Assembly (NCBI GenBank): GCA_031416315.1
Contig: JANOTL010000137.1
Location: 1-31,748 of the forward strand
Length of the DNA: 31,748 nt
Direction of reading: 5' to 3'
Source of the DNA: Pseudomonadota bacterium
GTDB taxonomy: Bacteria; Bdellovibrionota_B; Oligoflexia; Oligoflexales; CAIYRB01
Shown: positions 25,384 through 31,748 of the stretch, in pieces
Position numbering within the stretch: position 1 is the first letter of the stretch
Layout of the letters: each line of letters starts with the position of its first letter
Program-made: the position numbers and the translations under genes
The notes under the pieces: generated by a model
Told to the model about the DNA's origin: nothing
Databases searched by the model: none
Seen by the model: only the letters and a program-made list of their open reading frames with translations

Positions 25384-26802
25384 TCAGGCGATCAAAGGCT
25401 TCAAGCTCGGAATCACCGCCCCGCCCGCCGTAAACCGCCGCCGCGGGCCCGCCTCCGAAGGCACGCCGAAGACGTCCAGCAAGGTGTTCGCCACCGCATT
25501 GAATCCGAGATATTGAGCCACGTCGTACGTCTCGGGCAACACGCTCAGCGGCTTCATGGTCTCATAATCGAAGGGCTTGCCCATGATCTTGATCATCTGC
25601 TGATCGTGACTCTTGTGCGCGCCCGATACGTCGGTCAGATTGCCTTCCGCGTCGACCGCGCGCATGTCGCCTTCGCCGACGACCTGACCGCCTTTGATAC
25701 CCTTGCCCAGCAGCAAGAACGAGTTCGAGAGCGGGTTGTGGTCCGTGCCCGTCTCCTCGATCGAGCTGACGAAGAGCTGACGCATCGTCCGCGTGAACTC
25801 CGAGCCGACCAGGATGGTCGTGACGTCGAGCATGCTCTGGCCCGTCGCCTCGTCGAAAGGCGTCGCTTTCAGGAACTTGATCAGCGCGACGATCTCCTCG
25901 ACCGTCTTCGCGAAGGTCGCCGGTTGCGCCTTGCAGGCGTTGTTGTCGTGCACGTCGTAGTTGCCGAAGACGTTGTAGACGATCGACCGCGACAAGCCGC
26001 GCCGGAAGAACTGCTCGATCAGCTGAAACCCGAGGGGGACCGTGAAGATCGGGTTGCCGGTCATCGGGTCGAAGGTGGTCGGCGTCTCGAACTTCAAGAG
26101 CTTCAGCTGCTCGCTCAAGGACGAGGCCGAGACGAAGCTCTTCTTCATCGCCTGTGAGCCGATCGACAGCGCGCCGTTGCCGGCCCCCGCCGTATCCATC
26201 GCCGCCATCAGGAACTTCGCGGTCGGGTGGCCGAGGTCCAGAGGCGAAGCGCCCGCGAAGGCCGCGCCCAAGGTCGAGAGGCCGCCGGCGTCCAAAGTGA
26301 GAGTCCCCCCGTCGTTGGCGACGCTGACGCCGAAGAGCTGGGAGGTCATCACCGCGTCGAGCGCCAAGGGCGCCGCCGCATTGAGCTGCGGGATGAAGGA
26401 AGTGCCGCCGAAGGGGCTGCCGGTGAAGATGAACGACTGGTTCTGCTCGTGCCCGTCGAACCCGGCCGACATTACGCAGCCGTTGACGACCGAGATCATG
26501 TCCTTGAACTCTTTCAGCGGGGCCGCGACGCTGCTCATCAGCGCCGTCGTGCCGTTGGCGCCGACCCAAGGCTCCGGCTCGACGCCGGTGAAGTTCTGCA
26601 TCTTGCCGGCCTTCGTCAAGGCGAGCGGGCGCGCGTCGAGCAGGTAGCTCGGATCGGCGCCGAAGAAGAGATGCGCGTAGATGAAGAAGTGCGGCTTCGC
26701 GCCGTCCGCGGCCTGCGCGCGCTTGACGCCGAACGGCATCGACGCGGCGGAGAGGAGGCTGCCGGTGGCGTAGAGGAGCTCGCGCCGATTGAGAGCGGAC
26801 AT
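25384..26802 (-). CDS. Tat-exported DUF1501-like protein, 472 aa
   Basis: NRRELL Tat signal; [34 protein letters not shown] motifs; AAGGAG SD. Confidence 0.85.
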   Translation of the reverse strand: MSALNRRELLYATGSLLSAASMPFGVKRAQAADGAKPHFFIYAHLFFGADPSYLLDARPLALTKAGKMQNFTGVEPEPWVGANGTTALMSSVAAPLKEFKDMISVVNGCVMSAGFDGHEQNQSFIFTGSPFGGTSFIPQLNAAAPLALDAVMTSQLFGVSVANDGGTLTLDAGGLSTLGAAFAGASPLDLGHPTAKFLMAAMDTAGAGNGALSIGSQAMKKSFVSASSLSEQLKLLKFETPTTFDPMTGNPIFTVPLGFQLIEQFFRRGLSRSIVYNVFGNYDVHDNNACKAQPATFAKTVEEIVALIKFLKATPFDEATGQSMLDVTTILVGSEFTRTMRQLFVSSIEETGTDHNPLSNSFLLLGKGIKGGQVVGEGDMRAVDAEGNLTDVSGAHKSHDQQMIKIMGKPFDYETMKPLSVLPETYDVAQYLGFNAVANTLLDVFGVPSEAGPRRRFTAGGAVIPSLKPLIA

Positions 26803-26812
26803 GTGCGTCTCC

Positions 26813-27514
26813 TTATTTCGAAAGCAAAAAATGAGGTTGTAGGAAGATCGCCACGGTCATCTCGCGCACCGCCGCCTCGGGCGGCAGGGCCGCGAAGCTC
26901 GGTTCGGCCAGGAACCAATCGCGCCAGGCCTTGAACACGGCCTTCGGCGCCTGGAAGCCCATGATCGCCGTCCAATACGCGAGCATCGTCTCTTCCTTCT
27001 TCGCGTCTTCGGCGGGCCACGCGCACATCGTCTTCACCTTCTTCTCGAAGGCTTCGGTGAAGGGCACGTTCGGGATGCCGGCCAAGGAGAATTCGGTGAC
27101 GGGCGCGGGCACCGGCGTGACCGGCAGAGCCGACTCGGGCAAGCACACCGTGGCGACGTCGGTCGCCAGCCGGTTCATCACCAGATACCAGAGCGACATG
27201 TTCATGGCGTTCGGCGTGCCGTTCTTGAACTCGCCGTTGCCGTTGACGACGACGTACTGGCCGAGGAGCTCGCCCAGGTCGCCCGAGCCGAAGCCGAAGT
27301 TGTTGCCGGGGAGGTAGCGGCGCAGCGAGAAATTCTGCGCCTGGAAGCCTTCCTGCTTCAACATCCGCGACGAGATCGTCTTCGACACCGCGTCGAGGCC
27401 CATGAACTGGCCGACGCTGTTGCCGTTCGCCTTCAGCTCGAATCCGCCCGTATCCTGCGTGGTGCGGCAGCCGCCCACGAGCACCGCCAGCGCCAATACG
27501 ATGAGTCTGATCAC
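26813..27514 (-). CDS. Hypothetical lipoprotein, 233 aa (MIRLIVLALAVLVGGC...)
   Basis: GTG at 27514 overlaps the upstream stop (GTGA); lipobox VGGC; C-terminal AIFLQPHFLL resembles the LxSPxFL ending of DUF1595/1592-type domains. Confidence 0.82.
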   Translation of the reverse strand: MIRLIVLALAVLVGGCRTTQDTGGFELKANGNSVGQFMGLDAVSKTISSRMLKQEGFQAQNFSLRRYLPGNNFGFGSGDLGELLGQYVVVNGNGEFKNGTPNAMNMSLWYLVMNRLATDVATVCLPESALPVTPVPAPVTEFSLAGIPNVPFTEAFEKKVKTMCAWPAEDAKKEETMLAYWTAIMGFQAPKAVFKAWRDWFLAEPSFAALPPEAAVREMTVAIFLQPHFLLSK

Positions 27515-29574
27515 GGCGTCGTCCCTCCAGCGCCGTCGAGCACGGCGGCAATCCATTTGTAGAGCCGCGCGCGATCCGCGTCGGGCATGTCCTGATTCTT
27601 CGGCATGCGCTTCGCCTTGTCCGGGGTGTCGAGGCGCGCCTTGATGCGCTTGAAGGTCTCGAGCCGGCCGATCTCCTTGCCGTCCTCGTCGAAATGCGGA
27701 AAGCCGTTCCCGCCCGTCATCGGCTTCCACTGCGACAGGTCGAAGGTCGTGTCGTCCTTGTGGCACTTCTCGCAGTGAACTTTCAGCGTCCACGCCACCT
27801 CGCAGGGTAGGCCCGAGGGCGTAGCGCCCGGCTTCTGGTCGTAGCAGGTCGTGGACACCGGATCCGGCTCCGCGAACGCCTTCGACAGCATCAACTCGCG
27901 CACTACGGTCTTCATGCCGGTCGTGCCGCCGTCCTCCGTCGGCTTCAGCTTGGTCTCGAGGTGGGAGAGCCAGCCGCCGTCGTAAGCCTGATTTTTCGAG
28001 ACGAAGTACTCGGCCATGCGGCGCACGACGCAGGAGCGCACCTCGGGGGCCGTCGCCATGAAGCCGTAAAGCTCCTTCAGGTTCGACGCGTAAAAGTTGG
28101 CGGCCGGCTTGGTCGTCGAGCGCACGTAGCCAACGTTCCAAGGACGGCCGGCGTTCTCCGGCGCGCGCCAGGTGTCGAGGTACTTCGTAAGCTCCTCGCC
28201 CTGGATCACCTTGCCGTCGCTGAAGACCAAGTTGGTGAGCGCCGTCCCCGGCGCCTCGAAGCCCGGGCCGAAGCCGCCGAGCTCGCGAAAGAATCCGGAC
28301 ATCGGGTCGAGCTTGTAGTGGCAGGCCTGGCAACCCGGGTCGCTCCCGTGCGCACCCTCGCCGTGCGCCTCCGGCGCGACGATCGCGACGGGCGTCAAGT
28401 CGTCGCAAAAGAACGTCTTCAACATGAAGGCGCCGCGCTTGCGGTTGTAGTTCGTCGACGAGTTCTGCAGGCCGCCGAAGTCGAGGTACGGGAAGCGCAC
28501 GCCGAAGCCGCCGCCGCCGAATTGGCCCGGCGGCTCGGGCAGGAAGAAGGCGTCGCGCGCCGGCGCGGACTTCAGCTCCGCCAGAGACTTCGGGTTGTAA
28601 ACCTCGGTGTTGTAGTCCATGGCGAGCTTGAAGGCGCTTTCGATCTTCGGTCGCGTCGCGATCAGGCGGTCGCGCAGGGCTTTCGGGTCGATGTTGTTGG
28701 CGGCGAAGAGGTCGACCGGCGGCGTGGGTGGGTCGGTGACCGGCGGCGGCTGGGCGAAGACGATCGTCGAGCAGTCGTTGTTCGCCTGGCCGAACCAGTT
28801 CTGCGTCATGGCGCCGTCGAAGAGGTTGGAGATGCCGGCGTTGTTCATCGTCCGGAAGGAGACGATGTTCAGCTGGTTCTGATTGCCGACCGCCCCGTCT
28901 TCTTTTCCGTACACCGCTTTGCAGCCCTTCGTGCCATCGACCGCGCCGTCCGCGCCGAACTCCGCGATCACGAAATCGAGGCGCTTCAAGAGCTCGTCAC
29001 GATAGACGGCAGCTTGCTCGGCGGCGCTGACTCCGGCCAAGGGCAGCTCCACCGGGACGAGGACGCCCGTTGTCGCGCTCGCGCCCTTCACCTTGATCGG
29101 CGGCAAGATCGAGACCGGCCCCTCGGCGAAGAGCTCGCCAAGGAAGTCCTCGTTCGCGGTCGCGGCCTTCGCCGCGCGCAGGATGTTCGGGGTCGTGAAC
29201 GAGTAGTTGTTGATGATGTTCTGCAGCTGCGCCGGATTCGACAGCCCGTTGATGTCGTTCTGGCAGCCGGTCTGCGTCTGCGCCGAGTTGTGGAAGTACT
29301 TGGTGAAGTCGAGGATCGTCGCCTCGAAGCGCGCGCCCTGCATCAGCTTGTCGACGACCTCCCCGTCGGGTAGCTGCGCCAGCGCCTCGATCTCTTCCTG
29401 CGATGCCGCGGTCTTGCCGCAGGAAAGCGTGCGCGACACCTTCTCGATCCAGCCGTAACGGGCGAACTCGTCGCCGTCGGTCGCCTTCATGCGCGCCGTG
29501 TTGGTGCGCGCCGGGAGGCAGGCGAATGGCAAAATCAAAGCGAGCATTAGCCAAGAATGCGTGAGCTTCTTCAT
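27511..29574 (-). CDS. Large lipoprotein with two c-type heme motifs and DUF1588/DUF1585-like domains, 687 aa
   Basis: Lipobox PFAC; RGAFMLKTFFC, HGSDPGCQACHYKLDPM, PEVRSCVVRR; C-terminal CEKCH...RMP cytochrome c module. Confidence 0.85.
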   Translation of the reverse strand: MKKLTHSWLMLALILPFACLPARTNTARMKATDGDEFARYGWIEKVSRTLSCGKTAASQEEIEALAQLPDGEVVDKLMQGARFEATILDFTKYFHNSAQTQTGCQNDINGLSNPAQLQNIINNYSFTTPNILRAAKAATANEDFLGELFAEGPVSILPPIKVKGASATTGVLVPVELPLAGVSAAEQAAVYRDELLKRLDFVIAEFGADGAVDGTKGCKAVYGKEDGAVGNQNQLNIVSFRTMNNAGISNLFDGAMTQNWFGQANNDCSTIVFAQPPPVTDPPTPPVDLFAANNIDPKALRDRLIATRPKIESAFKLAMDYNTEVYNPKSLAELKSAPARDAFFLPEPPGQFGGGGFGVRFPYLDFGGLQNSSTNYNRKRGAFMLKTFFCDDLTPVAIVAPEAHGEGAHGSDPGCQACHYKLDPMSGFFRELGGFGPGFEAPGTALTNLVFSDGKVIQGEELTKYLDTWRAPENAGRPWNVGYVRSTTKPAANFYASNLKELYGFMATAPEVRSCVVRRMAEYFVSKNQAYDGGWLSHLETKLKPTEDGGTTGMKTVVRELMLSKAFAEPDPVSTTCYDQKPGATPSGLPCEVAWTLKVHCEKCHKDDTTFDLSQWKPMTGGNGFPHFDEDGKEIGRLETFKRIKARLDTPDKAKRMPKNQDMPDADRARLYKWIAAVLDGAGGTTP

Positions 29575-29665
29575 CAGTGTCCCACCGGATCAGAGGAGCC
29601 TGTTTCCCCCCAGAGGTCGGCGCGAATCCGATGGAAGCTGAGTCGCCAGCCCGCGGCGGGCGGCG

Positions 29666-30778
29666 TTAAGCCCGCGGCTCAGAAGCCTTAAGCGGCTGTC
29701 TTGAGGTGACGCCGAAAGCCAGCTCCAACCCCTCACGGTCGCAGACCTCGCGGATCTTGTAGTTGATCTCCTGCTGGGCCGCCATGTGCACCGAAGCGCT
29801 CGGATCGGTCACGACGTAGCCGACCTCGAACTGCAGGGCCGATTCGCCGTAAGCGACGAAGTGCGCGGCGCCGAAGCGCGTGTTCGGCGTCGACTCGACG
29901 ATCGCCTTCAGCAGCTCCGGAATCCGCCGCAAGGTCTCGATCGGCGTGTCGTAGACGAAGCCGAGCTTGATCGTCACGTTGCGGTGCATCATCCGCTTGA
30001 AGTTGCGGATGCGCGACTTCGTGAGGTCCGAGTTGGCGAAGATCAGGAGCTCGCCGCCGGTGCTGCGCACGCGCGTCGTCTTGAGGCCGATGTACTCGAC
30101 CTCGCCCGAGAGCCCGTCGACCGTCACCGAGTCGCCGACCTCGAACGGCCGGTCCAGGGCGATCGCGAAAGAGCTGAAGGCGTCGCCCAAGACCGCCTGC
30201 GCCGCGAGCGCGATGGCGACACCGCCGATGCCCAAGCCGGTCAGGAAGGTCGAGACGTTGAAGCCGGCGTTGTCGAGGAGGAAGATGATCGCGCCGGCCC
30301 AGATCGTGAGCTTGATCAGGACGACGATGTTGCGCGCGGTGTTCTTCGCCATCGCGTCGCCCGAGCGCGTCAGAATCCGCGAGTGCAGGATCAGGAAGCT
30401 GATCATCTCCGTCACGAGCCAGACGATCTGGATGACGACCGCGACCATCGTGATCTGGGCGAAAGCCTTCTCGACCCCGGAGGCCATCGTCAAACGCTTG
30501 GCGGCGATGTGGAGCGCGACCAGCGGGAAAACGAACGGCCGGATCTGCCGGATCAGGTCGCGGCAGAAGATCAGGGCGTCGCTTTGCGTGCCCTCGGCGA
30601 CGGCCTCGAGCTTGCGCGCCCCGAAGGCCCGCAGGAAATGCAGGAAGGCCCACAAAAAGAGGAAGCTGCCGAGCGTCAGCAGGTAGGCGTAGACGCTATT
30701 GCCGAGAACCGACTTCTCGAGCCAAGGCAGGTCCTTCAGGAAGTCGAAGCGCTCGAGGGCGGCAGCGGAAATCGGCAT
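29666..30778 (-). CDS. MscS-family small-conductance mechanosensitive channel, 370 aa
   Basis: TGLGIGGVAIALAAQ, DRPFEVGD, GEVEYIGLKTTRVRS, NSDLTKSRIRNF, YGESALQFE. Confidence 0.94.
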   Translation of the reverse strand: MPISAAALERFDFLKDLPWLEKSVLGNSVYAYLLTLGSFLFLWAFLHFLRAFGARKLEAVAEGTQSDALIFCRDLIRQIRPFVFPLVALHIAAKRLTMASGVEKAFAQITMVAVVIQIVWLVTEMISFLILHSRILTRSGDAMAKNTARNIVVLIKLTIWAGAIIFLLDNAGFNVSTFLTGLGIGGVAIALAAQAVLGDAFSSFAIALDRPFEVGDSVTVDGLSGEVEYIGLKTTRVRSTGGELLIFANSDLTKSRIRNFKRMMHRNVTIKLGFVYDTPIETLRRIPELLKAIVESTPNTRFGAAHFVAYGESALQFEVGYVVTDPSASVHMAAQQEINYKIREVCDREGLELAFGVTSRQPLKASEPRA

Positions 30779-30919
30779 CCAGGTCAGGTTTTCCTAGCGT
30801 CGCTGGGCAGTCTTTGCTCATACGGCAAAGAGACTAGACTACGGCGGACAACCTGGCAATTATATATATTGATCCCGCCTGCGCGCGTTTTCTCCTTTCC
30901 GATCCCGTGGAGTGCTCTC

Positions 30920-31748
30920 ATGGCCGTTGACGTTAAAGTCCCTGCCGTCGGTGAATCCGTCCAAGAAGCGATGATCCACAAGTGGCACAAGGCCGCCGGT
31001 GACGTCGTCAAGCGCGACGACGTGCTGCTCGAGATCGAGACGGACAAAGCGACCGTGGAGGTCACCGCGGAGGCGGAGGGAGCGCTGGAGATCCTGCGCA
31101 AGGAAGGCGAGACCGTGGCGATCGGTGAAGTGATCGGCCGGATCAACACCGACGCCAAAGGCGCTGCGAAAGCAGCGCCAGCAGCTGCAGCTGCCGTCCC
31201 GGCCGCGAAGGCCGCGACGCCGCCGCCGCCCGTGACGGCCGCTCCTGCCGGCGGCGCTGCCGCCGTAAGCCCCGCCGTCCGCCGCATCACCGAAGAAAAC
31301 AAGGTGAGCCCCGCCGACGTCGCCGCGACCGGCAAAGGCGGCCGCGTCACCAAGGGCGACGTGATCGCGCACATGGAAGGCGGTGGGGCTGCCACCGTCA
31401 TCCCGGCCGCCGCACCGGCCGCGCCCGCAGCGAAGGCCGCCGCGCCCGCCGCGAAGGCGCCGACGCTCCCCGTGCCGAAAGCTGCCGGCGGCGCCCGCAC
31501 CGAGCGCCGCGAGCCGATGTCGATGCTCCGCCGCCGCATCGCCGAGCGCCTCGTTTCGGCGCAGTCCACCGCCGCCATCCTGACGACCTTCAACGAGATC
31601 GACATGAAGGCCGTGATGGAGCTGCGCAAGACCTACAAAGACAGCTTCAAGGAGAAGCACGGCATCGGCCTCGGCTTCATGAGCTTCTTCGTCAAAGCGG
31701 CGATCGAGGCCTTGAAAGCCTTTCCGGCGATCAACGGCTGGATCGAAG
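30920..31748 (+). CDS. sucB: 2-oxoglutarate dehydrogenase E2, dihydrolipoyllysine succinyltransferase; 5' part, runs off the window and is absent from the ORF track
   Basis: My translation: MAVDVKVPAVGESV, lipoyl motif EIETDKATVEV, E3-binding SPAVRR...GKGGRVTKGD, catalytic start MSMLRRRIAERL...AILTTFNEIDM...LGFMSFFVKA; GGAG SD. Confidence 0.95.
   Translation, partial: MAVDVKVPAVGESVQEAMIHKWHKAAGDVVKRDDVLLEIETDKATVEVTAEAEGALEILRKEGETVAIGEVIGRINTDAKGAAKAAPAAAAAVPAAKAATPPPPVTAAPAGGAAAVSPAVRRITEENKVSPADVAATGKGGRVTKGDVIAHMEGGGAATVIPAAAPAAPAAKAAAPAAKAPTLPVPKAAGGARTERREPMSMLRRRIAERLVSAQSTAAILTTFNEIDMKAVMELRKTYKDSFKEKHGIGLGFMSFFVKAAIEALKAFPAINGWIE

Noticed and set aside
31150..31500. GCC/CCG-rich quasi-repeats
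   Set aside because: Normal Ala/Pro-rich linkers of E2 subunits
1..31748. CRISPR arrays, tRNA/rRNA, prophage, IS elements, defence systems
   Set aside because: No spaced direct repeats, cloverleaf-like segments or corresponding protein motifs seen; intergenic gaps are all under about 200 nt

Overview
High-GC (roughly two-thirds G+C by eye) bacterial chromosomal segment with about 30 tightly packed protein genes. No rRNA, tRNA, CRISPR array, integrase or transposase was recognised. The gene content (many lipoproteins, bactofilin, HDOD, a DUF1501/DUF1588-like heme cluster) suggests Bdellovibrionota/Oligoflexia or a related former deltaproteobacterium; this is inference only. Housekeeping genes: rplM-rpsI, mnmH/selU, mgtE, an MscS-family channel and the 5' part of sucB. 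Accessory blocks: (i) a minus-strand SGNH / secreted Cys protein / ferritin-like::SxtJ-like / O-carbamoyltransferase / DUF5989 cluster; (ii) a divergent protease locus with an S8 subtilase opposite a CHAT-less TPR protein translationally coupled to a large trypsin-like lipoprotein; (iii) a Tat-exported IorAB-type molybdoenzyme downstream of a diheme lipoprotein / lipoprotein / DUF1501 operon. The most striking non-coding signal lies inside iorB: an AT-rich patch where 12 of 13 consecutive codons end in A/T, containing a 28-bp dif-like (XerC/XerD) site at 24320-24347. All family calls come from motif recognition by eye, not database searches.
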